Of a DNA stretch of 64,000 nt, positions 19,780 through 28,910 are shown piece by piece. Origin of the DNA: Myxococcota bacterium (GTDB lineage Bacteria > Myxococcota_A > UBA796 > SXON01); assembly GCA_040386535.1 (NCBI GenBank), contig JAZKFH010000025.1:140994-204993 (forward strand). The letters are read 5' to 3'. Numbering within the stretch: position 1 is the first letter of the stretch; each line of letters begins with the position of its first letter. The notes under the pieces were generated by a model. That model made no database searches, had not been told where the DNA came from, and saw nothing but the letters and a program-made list of their open reading frames with translations. The translations under genes and the position numbers were made by a program.

Positions 19780-21084
19780 ATGAACTTCCCGCTGCTCATC
19801 GCGTGGTCGCACCTCCGGTCCCGTCGTCAGGACGCTGGTGTGAGCATGATCGCCGTGCTCTCCGTCCTCGGCGTGACGCTCGGCGTGCAGATGCTGATCA
19901 TCGTGCTCTCCGTCATGGCGGGCTTCGAGTTCGACCTGCGGGACAAGATCCTGGGCAGCAACGCCCACCTCGTCGTGCTCGAGTACGGCGGCCCCATCGA
20001 CGATCCGGTCAACGTCGTGCAGAAGATCCAGGCGGTCGACGGCGTCGTCGCCGCCGCGCCGTTCGTCTACACGGAGGTGATGCTGCGTAGCGCCTACGCG
20101 ACGTCGGGCGGCATCCTCAAGGGCATCGATCCGGTGCAGACGCCGCGGGTGACCGACGTTGCCAACGACATCAAGGTTGGCCCTTCCGGCGCGTTGGTTT
20201 CCCTCGAAGACAAGCAGGCCGTCCTGGCCGGGCTCGCCACGCCGGCCGTCGCGGTCGCGCAGGACGTGACCGACACCGAGGTGCTGCCGGGCATGCTCCT
20301 CGGCGAGGGGCTCGCGGATCAGCTGAAGGTCTACCCGGGGGACCGCGTCTGGGTCATCAACCCCATCGGCGGCGGGGCCGGCCCCTTCGGCGTCCCCATC
20401 CCCATCACCAAGACCTTTCGGGTCGCCGGCATCTTCTACACCGGCATGTACGAGTACGACACGAAGTGGAGCTACGTGACCATCCCCGACGCCCAGGCCT
20501 TCCTGTCGCTCGACGGCGACGTCACCGGCGTGGAAGCGCGGGTCGAGATGGATCGCCTCTACGACGTGGGCATCATCAGCGCCGCGATCGAAGAGGCGCT
20601 GACCTACCCCTACTTCACCAAGAACTGGCTCCAGATGAACGCCGCGCTCTTCTCCGCTCTGAAGCTGGAGAAGTACGTGATGGGCATCATCCTGGCGCAG
20701 ATCATCACGGTCGCGGCGGTCGGCATCGTCACGAACCTCATCGTCATGGTCATCACGCGCGCCCGGGAGATCTCCATCCTCAAGGCGATGGGCGCCAGCC
20801 GCTCCGCGATCCAGCTCATCTTCGTGCTGGAGGGGCTGATCGTGGGGGTCGTCGGGACATGCCTCGGGACGTTCCTTGGGTTAGCGGGGTGCGCCGCCCT
20901 CGATCGTTACCAGTTCCCTTTGGACACCAACGTGTACTACCTCGACTCGCTGCCCGTGGTGGTAGAGCCCGCCACCGTGGTGACCGTCGTGGTGGGGGCC
21001 CTCGTGACGTGCTTCCTCGCGACGTTGTACCCGGCGTTCCGCGCCGCCTCGATCGATCCGGTCGAAGGGCTGCGGTACGAGTGA
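19780..21084 (+). CDS. lolE: lipoprotein-releasing ABC transporter permease LolC/E
   Basis: IIVLSVMAGF, ALKLEK, REISILKAMGA, YPAFRAASIDPVEGLRYE; lysS-lol-bamA synteny. Confidence 0.9.
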   Translation: MNFPLLIAWSHLRSRRQDAGVSMIAVLSVLGVTLGVQMLIIVLSVMAGFEFDLRDKILGSNAHLVVLEYGGPIDDPVNVVQKIQAVDGVVAAAPFVYTEVMLRSAYATSGGILKGIDPVQTPRVTDVANDIKVGPSGALVSLEDKQAVLAGLATPAVAVAQDVTDTEVLPGMLLGEGLADQLKVYPGDRVWVINPIGGGAGPFGVPIPITKTFRVAGIFYTGMYEYDTKWSYVTIPDAQAFLSLDGDVTGVEARVEMDRLYDVGIISAAIEEALTYPYFTKNWLQMNAALFSALKLEKYVMGIILAQIITVAAVGIVTNLIVMVITRAREISILKAMGASRSAIQLIFVLEGLIVGVVGTCLGTFLGLAGCAALDRYQFPLDTNVYYLDSLPVVVEPATVVTVVVGALVTCFLATLYPAFRAASIDPVEGLRYE

Positions 21085-21764
21085 TGGGTGTCGCGCTCGA
21101 GGTTCGGGGGCTGAGCCGCCACTTCCAGAAGGGGGGGCAGCGGATCGACGTGCTTCGGGGGGCCGATCTCGACCTGGCGCCGGGGGACAGCGTCGCGCTC
21201 CTCGGGCAGTCCGGCTCCGGAAAGTCGACCTTCCTCCACATCCTGGGCGCGCTCGAGCCGCCCTCCGCGGGTGAGGTCAAGGTGGACGGTCGTGTGCTCC
21301 ACACCCGCCCGCTCGCCGAGATCGACGCCTATCGCAACCGGCAGGTCGGCTTCGTGTTCCAGTTCCACCACCTCCTCCCCGATCACTCGGCCGTCGACAA
21401 CGTCGCGATGCCGGCGATCATCGGCGGGATGCCGACAGTGGACGCCCGTACGCGCGCCCGTACGCGCCTCGCGCAGGTGGGGCTCGGCCATCGGCTCACC
21501 CACAAGCCCGGGGAGCTCTCCGGTGGGGAGCAACAACGCGTCGCGCTCGCGCGGGCCATGCTCCTCGAGCCGGGGCTGCTGCTCGCGGACGAGCCGACCG
21601 GGAACCTCGACCCCTCGACGGCCTCCGAGATCCTCGACCTCTTGCTCGATCTGAACCGCGAACAGCGCGCCACCCTCGTGGTGGTGACCCACTCCGCCGA
21701 GCTGGCGTCCCGCTTTCCGCGTCGCCTGCGCCTCGTCGACGGGCGCTTCCAGGAGGCCGCGTGA
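21084..21764 (+). CDS. lolD: lipoprotein-releasing ABC transporter ATP-binding protein
   Basis: GQSGSGKST, GFVFQFHHLL, LSGGEQQR, ADEPTGNLD. Confidence 0.94.
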   Translation: MGVALEVRGLSRHFQKGGQRIDVLRGADLDLAPGDSVALLGQSGSGKSTFLHILGALEPPSAGEVKVDGRVLHTRPLAEIDAYRNRQVGFVFQFHHLLPDHSAVDNVAMPAIIGGMPTVDARTRARTRLAQVGLGHRLTHKPGELSGGEQQRVALARAMLLEPGLLLADEPTGNLDPSTASEILDLLLDLNREQRATLVVVTHSAELASRFPRRLRLVDGRFQEAA

Positions 21765-24277
21765 GCTTCTCCCTGCTCGCGGCGCTGCTCGTGCCCGCCG
21801 TCTACGCCGAGGCCCCCGCGCCGGCCGTCGGCACCGTCGCCGAGGTCCGCGTGACCGGCCTGCGCCGCGTCGAAGAGGCCGCCCTGCTCGACGTGGTGCG
21901 CCTCCGCCCCGGCGAGCTGCTCGAGGAGTGGAAGGTCCAGCGCGACATCCGCTCGATCTGGAACACGGGTTTCGTGGACGACGTGGTCGTGCGCACGGTG
22001 CCCACCCCCGACGGCGCGGTCATCGTGCAGTTCGACGTGCACGAGAAGCCCGCCGTCCGCGAGGTCAAGATCGTCGGCGCCAAGAAGATCAAGGAGGACG
22101 ACGTCAAGGAGGCGATCGACGTCGAGCCGTTCACCGTCCCGAGCGACGCCAAGATCGCCCAGAACGTCAAGGCGGTGAAGGACCTGTACCTCGAGAAGGG
22201 GTTCTTCCTCGCCGAAGTGGAGCCCGTGATCACCCCCGTCGGGGACGATCTCGTCGAGCTCACCTTCAAGATCACCGAGGGCCGCAAGGTCATCGTCCAG
22301 ACGATCGACATCACCGGGAACGACGCGGTCACCGACGCCAAGCTGAAGAAATTCATGCAGACCAAGGCGGGCGGGATCCTGCCGTGGCTCACGAGCTCGG
22401 GCACGTTCATCCAGGACGCGCTCGACAACGACGTGTTCATCCTCCGGTCGGTGTACCTCGAGGAGGGCTATGTCGACGCGCAGGTGGACTCACCGAAGGT
22501 CTTCCTCTCGCCCGACAAGCGCTACATCTACGTCACGATCCACGTCAACGAGGGCCCCCGCTACCGCCTCGGCAAGGTGACGGTCGAGGGCGACTTCGTC
22601 CCCGAAGAGGGCCTGACGGACGGCGCGGTCCGCGCCCTCATCGAGGGCAAGGATCTGAAGGACGTACAGGACGCGTACGAGCGCGACAAGGCCGCCGGCA
22701 AGACCATCGGCCCCGACTGGACCCCCGACGTGAAGCGCCGGGCCCTCGACTTCCGCCCCGGCAACCAGCCTCTCGAGACCGGGGACTGGTTCAAGCTCAC
22801 GACGCTCCAGAACACGATGGCCCGCATCACGGACCTCTACGGGGACCAGGGCTACGCCTTCGCCAACGCCACGCCGGTGCCCCAGCCGGACCCCGACGCG
22901 AAGGTGGTCGACGTCGTGATCGACGTGCAGCGCGGCGAGAAGATGAAGGTCGGCCGGATCAACATCACCGGGAACGACCCCACCTTCGACAAGGTCGTGC
23001 GCCGCGAGGTGCCGATCAACGAGGGCGAGATCTACCGCGGGAGCGCGGTGCGCGAGGCCCGCGAGCGGCTCGAACGCCTCGGCTTCTTCGAGACCGTCGA
23101 GATCTCGACGCCCCGCGCCGAGGAGCCCGAGGCCCTCGATCTGAACATCAACGTGGCGGAGCGGCCCACGGGCAGCTTCTCCGTGGGCGCCGGGTACGGC
23201 AGCGCCGACAGCTTCCTGCTCACCGCGAACATCCAGAAGTCGAACTTCCTCGGGCTCGGCTGGATCGTGAGCCTCGCGGGCAACATCTCGGCGCGGACGA
23301 AGCAAGGCAACATCAGCTTCTTCGACCCGCACTTCCTCGACTCCCAGTGGACCCTGCGGGTCGACGGCTTCTACAACCAGCGCGAGTACATCGAGGACGA
23401 GTACCAGCGCGGCGGCAGCGTGTCCGTGGGCCGCTACCTCGACGAACGCGACGACATCCGTGTCGCGTTGGACTACACGCTCGAAGACGTGGGGCTCCTG
23501 TCCCTCGACGAGTACAAGGAGCGCCTGTTCGGCGGCCAGCTCTACCGGAACGGCATCACCAGCTCGCTCGGCATCTCGCTCGACATCGACAAGCGCAACA
23601 ACCGCATCAACGCGACGCGTGGCTTCAAGGCCTCGCTCTCGACCGAGCTCGCGGGCGGGTTCCGGCTGAACGACGACAAGGTGTTGTCCCTCTTCGGAGG
23701 CGACTTCAACTTCTGGGAGACCAAGGCCAACTTCCGCTTCTACCAGCCCGTCATCGCCAAGAACGACTGGCTCGTGTTCAAGTACAACGGGAGCTTCGGC
23801 CACATCGAGTCGACCGACGGCGCGATCATCCCGTACATCCACCGCTATCGCGCCGGCGGCATCCTCTCCGTCCGCGGCTACCAGCCCTACTCCCTCGGCC
23901 CCGCCATCCGCGCGACGGGCTTCAAGGACTACGGCGTGCCGCAGGACACCGTGGACGGATCGGACGATCCCTCCGCGGCCGACGATCGCCTCGTGGTCGG
24001 CGGCGTCAACACCTGGATCAACAACTTCGAGCTCGAGTCGCCGATCATCAAGTCGGCGGGGATCTCGGTGGTGGCGTTCTTCGACGCCGGCAACACCTTC
24101 GGCGATCCCTGGGGCGAAGGCCCGGTGAGCCCGCTGGACCTGCGGTTCTCCTACGGGTTCGGCGTGCGTTGGTTCAGCCCGATCGGTCCGCTGCGCTTCG
24201 AGTACGGCTTCCCAATCAACCCGCGTCCCGACGAGCGCAAGGCCGTGTTCGACTTCACCATCGGCTCATCCTTCTAG
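21761..24277 (+). CDS. bamA: outer membrane protein assembly factor BamA
   Basis: Five POTRA-like repeats, VRGY motif, WFSPIGPLRF, C-terminal Phe. Confidence 0.96.
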   Translation: MSFSLLAALLVPAVYAEAPAPAVGTVAEVRVTGLRRVEEAALLDVVRLRPGELLEEWKVQRDIRSIWNTGFVDDVVVRTVPTPDGAVIVQFDVHEKPAVREVKIVGAKKIKEDDVKEAIDVEPFTVPSDAKIAQNVKAVKDLYLEKGFFLAEVEPVITPVGDDLVELTFKITEGRKVIVQTIDITGNDAVTDAKLKKFMQTKAGGILPWLTSSGTFIQDALDNDVFILRSVYLEEGYVDAQVDSPKVFLSPDKRYIYVTIHVNEGPRYRLGKVTVEGDFVPEEGLTDGAVRALIEGKDLKDVQDAYERDKAAGKTIGPDWTPDVKRRALDFRPGNQPLETGDWFKLTTLQNTMARITDLYGDQGYAFANATPVPQPDPDAKVVDVVIDVQRGEKMKVGRINITGNDPTFDKVVRREVPINEGEIYRGSAVREARERLERLGFFETVEISTPRAEEPEALDLNINVAERPTGSFSVGAGYGSADSFLLTANIQKSNFLGLGWIVSLAGNISARTKQGNISFFDPHFLDSQWTLRVDGFYNQREYIEDEYQRGGSVSVGRYLDERDDIRVALDYTLEDVGLLSLDEYKERLFGGQLYRNGITSSLGISLDIDKRNNRINATRGFKASLSTELAGGFRLNDDKVLSLFGGDFNFWETKANFRFYQPVIAKNDWLVFKYNGSFGHIESTDGAIIPYIHRYRAGGILSVRGYQPYSLGPAIRATGFKDYGVPQDTVDGSDDPSAADDRLVVGGVNTWINNFELESPIIKSAGISVVAFFDAGNTFGDPWGEGPVSPLDLRFSYGFGVRWFSPIGPLRFEYGFPINPRPDERKAVFDFTIGSSF

Positions 24278-24280
24278 TTC

Positions 24281-24312
24281 CTGTCAGAGTTCCGTCAGAG
24301 TCCCCGTCAGAG
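24281..24312 (+). repeat. three GTCAGAG direct repeats upstream of skp
   Basis: gtcagag at 24283, 24294 and 24306. Confidence 0.7.
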
Positions 24313-24321
24313 GAGGCGTAG

Positions 24322-24867
24322 ATGCTCGCTCGCGTATTGTCCATCTTCGTGCTCATGTTCGCGTTTGCCGCGCCGTCGTTCGCCCAGGCGAAGATCGCCA
24401 CCGTCGACTTCCAGAAGGCGCTCGACAACGTGGCGGAGGGCACCGCCGCCAAGACCCGTCTCGAGGGGATGTTCGCCGAGAAGAAGGTGGCGCTCGACAA
24501 GATGCGCAGCCAGCTCGAGGCGCAGCAGAAGGACCTCGAGAAGCAATCCGTGATCCTCTCCGACGCCGCGAAGAAGCAGAAGGAAGAGGAGTTCTACAAC
24601 GCGCAGATGCAGTTCCAACAGGCCTACCAGCGCTCCGAAGGGGAGATGCAACAGGCCTACATGGGCGCGATGGAGACCCTCATCGAGAAGATGAAGAAGC
24701 TCTCCCAGACCATCGCGACCGAGAAGGGCTACACGCTCGTCATCGAGGTCAACGAGGGCGGCGTCATCTACGCGTCCCCGACCATCGACATGACCGCTGA
24801 CCTCATCACGCGCTACAACGCGGCCAACCCGGGCTCCAAGGCCCCGTCCACGACGCCCAAGAAGTAG
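24322..24867 (+). CDS. skp: OmpH/Skp periplasmic chaperone
   Basis: Signal peptide, KIATVD, long coiled coil, DMT near C-terminus; bamA-skp-lpxD synteny. Confidence 0.92.
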   Translation: MLARVLSIFVLMFAFAAPSFAQAKIATVDFQKALDNVAEGTAAKTRLEGMFAEKKVALDKMRSQLEAQQKDLEKQSVILSDAAKKQKEEEFYNAQMQFQQAYQRSEGEMQQAYMGAMETLIEKMKKLSQTIATEKGYTLVIEVNEGGVIYASPTIDMTADLITRYNAANPGSKAPSTTPKK

Positions 24868-24869
24868 GC

Positions 24870-25922
24870 GTGACGGCGCGCACCGTCGCGGAGCTCGCCG
24901 TCGCGGTCGGGGGCACGGTCGAGGGCGACGGTTCACGCCCGATCCGCGGCGTGCGCGGGCTCGAGGACGCCGGTCCCGACGACGTGAGCTTCCTCGCCAA
25001 CCGTCGCTATGCGCGCCGGATGGCGGAGACTCGTGCTGGCTGTGTGCTCGTCGGGCCAAAAGACAAGGTGCACGAGCGCACCGTCATCCGTTGCGCCGAC
25101 CCGTACCTCGCCTTCGCCCAGGTGCTGCGCGTGTTCGTGCCGGAGGCGCGCCCCGCCGCGGGCGTTCACCCCATGGCCGTCGTGGAGGGCGCCGCCGAGG
25201 GCGCTACCGTCATGGCCTTCGCGTACGTGGGCCCCGGCGCCACGGTCGGGGAGGGGAGCGTGCTCTACCCAGGCGCCTACGTCGGCGCGGGCGCGTCGGT
25301 CGGGCGCGGCTGCACCCTGATGGCCGGGAGCGTCGTCGCGGACGGCTGCGTGCTCGGCGACCGCGTGTGGCTCAACCCCGGCGTGGTGGTCGGCGGCGAG
25401 GGCTTTGGCTTCGTCCCCACCGCCGCGGGCCACGTGAAGATCCCCCAGACCGGCCGCGCCGTCATCGGGGACGACGTGGAGATCGGCGCCAACTCCTGTG
25501 TCGATCGTGCCGCCATGGGCGAGACCGTGGTGCAGCGCGGCGCCAAGCTCGACAACCTCGTGCAGATCGGGCACGGCGCCACCGTGGGCCCCGACTGCCT
25601 CCTCGTCTCCTACGCGGGCGTGGCCGGCTCGACTCGGCTCGGTCGCGGCGTCGTGCTCGCCGCGCGCGCCGGCGTGCTCGGGCACCTCGACGTTGGGGAC
25701 GGCGTAGTGCTCGGCGCAGATGCCCTCCTCACCGAGGACGCCGCCGCGGGCGAGCGCCGCTCGGGTGTCCCTGCCATCGATCACCGGCGCTGGCTCCGCG
25801 TCGCCGCCTCCCTGCCCGAGCTCCCCGAGCTCCTGGCCACCGTGCGCCGCCTCGAAGCCGAGGTCGCGCGGCTCAAGTCGGTCGCCGCGCCCCAGCTCGC
25901 CGCGCCAGAGGAAAACGAATGA
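24870..25922 (+). CDS. lpxD: UDP-3-O-acyl-glucosamine N-acyltransferase
   Basis: SFLAN, DPYLAFA, hexapeptide repeats, GFGF, KIPQTG, KLDNLVQIGH. Confidence 0.95.
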   Translation: MTARTVAELAVAVGGTVEGDGSRPIRGVRGLEDAGPDDVSFLANRRYARRMAETRAGCVLVGPKDKVHERTVIRCADPYLAFAQVLRVFVPEARPAAGVHPMAVVEGAAEGATVMAFAYVGPGATVGEGSVLYPGAYVGAGASVGRGCTLMAGSVVADGCVLGDRVWLNPGVVVGGEGFGFVPTAAGHVKIPQTGRAVIGDDVEIGANSCVDRAAMGETVVQRGAKLDNLVQIGHGATVGPDCLLVSYAGVAGSTRLGRGVVLAARAGVLGHLDVGDGVVLGADALLTEDAAAGERRSGVPAIDHRRWLRVAASLPELPELLATVRRLEAEVARLKSVAAPQLAAPEENE

Positions 25923-26356
25923 ACATCCACGAGATCATGAAGGTGCTCCCGCACCGCTACCCCTTCCTGATGATCGACCGCGTGCTCGAGTGCGACCCCG
26001 GCGTGCGGGTGGTGGCGCTCAAGAACGTGACGATCAACGAGCCGTGTTTCATGGGGCACTTCCCCGGCACGCCGGTGTTCCCCGGGGTGCTCATCGTCGA
26101 GGCGATGGCCCAGGCGTGCGGCATCGTCGCGATGACGGCCCACCCCGAGATGGGCAACAAGGTGGTCTACCTCGCGGCGCTCGACGGGTTCCGCTTCCGC
26201 AAGCCCGTGATCCCCGGGGACTCGCTCCGCATCACGGTCGAGAAGCTCGCCGAGAAGCGGTCGATCTGGAAGTTCTCGGCGATCGTCGAGGTCGAGGGCA
26301 AGAAGGTGGCCGAGGGCGAGGTCATGGCGACGGTGGTGGATCCGCCGGGGGTGTAG
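25919..26356 (+). CDS. fabZ: 3-hydroxyacyl-ACP dehydratase
   Basis: [27 protein letters not shown]. Confidence 0.97.
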   Translation: MNIHEIMKVLPHRYPFLMIDRVLECDPGVRVVALKNVTINEPCFMGHFPGTPVFPGVLIVEAMAQACGIVAMTAHPEMGNKVVYLAALDGFRFRKPVIPGDSLRITVEKLAEKRSIWKFSAIVEVEGKKVAEGEVMATVVDPPGV

Positions 26357-27062
26357 CGCAGGCCGACGAGCGCACGTGGGCGATCCCGTCCTGTGCCCCG
26401 TCGCGATCGAGCACCACCCACCCGCGCGAGCGGCCCGTCTCCGGGTCGTGCGGGAGCATCGCGGCGTGCAGCCGCGTCACGGGCACCCAGAACGGTGGGT
26501 ACTTGAAGCGCGCCACGTCGAGCACGAGCGCGAGGTCCTTCTCGGGGTGCCACCCCCCGATGGGGGAGTAGTGGCCGTCTCCGGTCTGGCCGAGCGCCGA
26601 GCGGGCGAAGGCGACGATCAGCGAGGGACCGCCCGTGCCGGCGGCGCGGAGGTCCTCCCGCAGCGCGTCCACGCCGAGGTCGGAGGCGTAGCGCACCGCC
26701 GCGGTGGTGCCGTTGCACCGGGCGAGGCAGCCGAAGCGGGGGAGGGTCAGGCCGCGCGCCCGCACCACCTCCAACGGCTCGCAGCAGTCGAGCAGCTCCT
26801 CTGCGTACCAGCGCCAGGCGCCCTTCCAGGGGCGCGCCGGATCGATGGACAAGGCGTTGAGCACCACCACGAGCGACCCGAGCGCGCAGAAGGCGGGCTC
26901 GGCCTGGGTGTGGAAGTGCTCCGCGAGCGGGAACCAGCCCTCCATGCCGCCCAGCGCCATGGCCTCACGAAACAGCGCCCGCCCTTCGGGGGAGGCGAAA
27001 GGGACGAGCCCGTCGGGGAGCGGCCGCCGGTAGAACGTCGGGAGCGGACCGCCGTCGGTCAC
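26322..27062 (-). CDS. phytochelatin synthase catalytic domain (about 246 aa)
   Basis: TQAEPAFC, LNAL, WRW, GHYSPIGG and LDVARFKYPPFWV give the Cys-His-Asp triad; GTG start overlaps the upstream stop. Confidence 0.92.
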   Translation of the reverse strand: MTDGGPLPTFYRRPLPDGLVPFASPEGRALFREAMALGGMEGWFPLAEHFHTQAEPAFCALGSLVVVLNALSIDPARPWKGAWRWYAEELLDCCEPLEVVRARGLTLPRFGCLARCNGTTAAVRYASDLGVDALREDLRAAGTGGPSLIVAFARSALGQTGDGHYSPIGGWHPEKDLALVLDVARFKYPPFWVPVTRLHAAMLPHDPETGRSRGWVVLDRDGAQDGIAHVRSSACATPPADPPPSP

Positions 27063-27988
27063 CGGAGCTTGCCCTCGACGAACGGGACCTCGATCACCTT
27101 CTCGTGGTTGATCGGCCCGTGCCCGAAGTAGCCCTTCTCGCCGAAGAGCTCGCCGTGGTCGGCCGTGATGGTGATCCACGTGTTGTCGGGCACGATGTCG
27201 TAGAGCTCCTCGACGGCGCGGTCGACCCAGCTGACCGCGTCGACCTGGCGCTGATGGAGCTGCTTCATCTTCGCGTCGTCGAAGAACTTGGGGGCCTCTT
27301 CCTGACGAAGGAGGTTGCCGGCCAGCAGGTGATCGTCGAGGTGCTTGAACACACCGTTGACCCCGGAGATGCGCGGCCAATCGTTCTCGGGCTCGTCGGG
27401 GGTGGCGTAGGGGTAGTGGGTCTCGCCCGTGTTGAGCACGAAGAAGCTCGGGCGCTCCTCGTAGAACCGCATGCGGCGGAACATCTTCGTCACGTCGTTG
27501 TGGTGGTCCATCAACGCGAAGTCGTCGAAGCCGCGGTTGATCGGCGTGGCCGGGTTCAGCACGGGCATCGACACGTACATGTTCGTGCGGAAGCCGACGG
27601 ACTGGAGGTAGGACGGCAGCCAGAGGTTCGGGACCATCTTCGCGAACGAGAGGTCGGGGAAGTTGAAGCGTTCCTTGAACCGGAGGAAGTCGTCCTTGTA
27701 ATACTCGGAGGCGTACACGTTCGCCGGCGACACGTGAGGCAGCAACCCCATCAGGAGGTTGTAGTGGGACGGCGCGGTCCACGTGGCGTAGGTCCACCGC
27801 TTCTGGATGGGGCCGAGCTTCGTCATCATCTTCGGCTTCGCGCGGACGAAGCTGTCGAATCGGCACGAGTCCAGGATCAGGATCACGTAGTTCGAGGCCC
27901 CGGGCGGCGGCTCGGGACGGAACGACGCCGAATCGGGGACCAGGATGGGGGAAGCGGGGGAGGAAGCGGCGGCGCCAGGATCGAGCAT
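27059..27988 (-). CDS. sulfatase/alkaline-phosphatase superfamily metalloenzyme
   Basis: ILDSCRFD, TWTAPSH, ETHYPY, TADHGE, GHG, VPF; start approximate. Confidence 0.85.
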   Translation of the reverse strand: MLDPGAAASSPASPILVPDSASFRPEPPPGASNYVILILDSCRFDSFVRAKPKMMTKLGPIQKRWTYATWTAPSHYNLLMGLLPHVSPANVYASEYYKDDFLRFKERFNFPDLSFAKMVPNLWLPSYLQSVGFRTNMYVSMPVLNPATPINRGFDDFALMDHHNDVTKMFRRMRFYEERPSFFVLNTGETHYPYATPDEPENDWPRISGVNGVFKHLDDHLLAGNLLRQEEAPKFFDDAKMKQLHQRQVDAVSWVDRAVEELYDIVPDNTWITITADHGELFGEKGYFGHGPINHEKVIEVPFVEGKLR

Positions 27989-28106
27989 CGGCGGGCGGCG
28001 CGCGGCGCTGCGGAGTCGGGAGAAGAGGGACACACCTGCGCATAACCGGGGGTCGAGCGGCAGGCGCGGCCGCCGCGGACGCGGTAAGGTGGCCGCCGGA
28101 GCGACC

Positions 28107-28907
28107 ATGGCCATCCATCCTACCGCCCTCGTGGACGCGGGCGCAGAGCTCGGGACCGACGTCGAGATCGACGCCTACGCCATCGTCCGCGCCGGCGTAG
28201 TCCTGCACGATGGCGTGCGGATCGGCCCCCACGCCGTCGTCACCGGCCCCACGACCGTCGGCGCCGGCACCCGGATCTTCCCGTTCGCGAGCATCGGCGA
28301 GGAGGCCCAGGATCTGAAGTACCGCGGCGAGCACTCCCAGCTCGTCATCGGGGAGCGCAACATCTTCCGCGAGAACGTGACCGTGAACCGCGGCACCGCG
28401 GGCGGCGGCGGGATCACGCGCATCGGCAGCGACAACCTGTTCATGGCGGGCAGCCACGTCGCGCACGACAGCTCCGTCGGCAACCATTGCGTGTTTGCCA
28501 ACTGCGCGGCGATCGCCGGGCACGTGACCATCCACGATCGCGCCATCCTCGGCGGGTTCGCGGGGGTGCACCAGCACTCGCGCGTGGGCCGCTGCGCCAT
28601 GGTCGGCGCGGCCGCGATGGCCGCCCAGGACGTGCCGCCGTTCACCATCGCGCAGGGCGACCGCGCGCGTCTGTTCGGCCTGAACATCGTCGGGCTCCGC
28701 CGCGCCGGGTTCAAGCTCGAGGTGCTCCAGGCGCTCAAGGCCGCCTACCGCGAGCTGTTCCACCAGGGCATGCCGATGCGCATCGCGCTGGAGCAGGTGC
28801 GCGAGGTCTACGCGGACGTGCCCGAGGTCATGGAGCTCGTCGAGTTCTGCGAGACCAGCCAGCGTGGGATCTGCCGGTCGGCGGGGGCCGAACAGCCCGC
28901 GGAGTAG
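28107..28907 (+). CDS. lpxA: acyl-ACP--UDP-N-acetylglucosamine acyltransferase
   Basis: IHPTA, QDLKY, NRGT, HVAHD, HQ, LNIVGLRR. Confidence 0.96.
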   Translation: MAIHPTALVDAGAELGTDVEIDAYAIVRAGVVLHDGVRIGPHAVVTGPTTVGAGTRIFPFASIGEEAQDLKYRGEHSQLVIGERNIFRENVTVNRGTAGGGGITRIGSDNLFMAGSHVAHDSSVGNHCVFANCAAIAGHVTIHDRAILGGFAGVHQHSRVGRCAMVGAAAMAAQDVPPFTIAQGDRARLFGLNIVGLRRAGFKLEVLQALKAAYRELFHQGMPMRIALEQVREVYADVPEVMELVEFCETSQRGICRSAGAEQPAE

Positions 28908-28910
28908 CCA

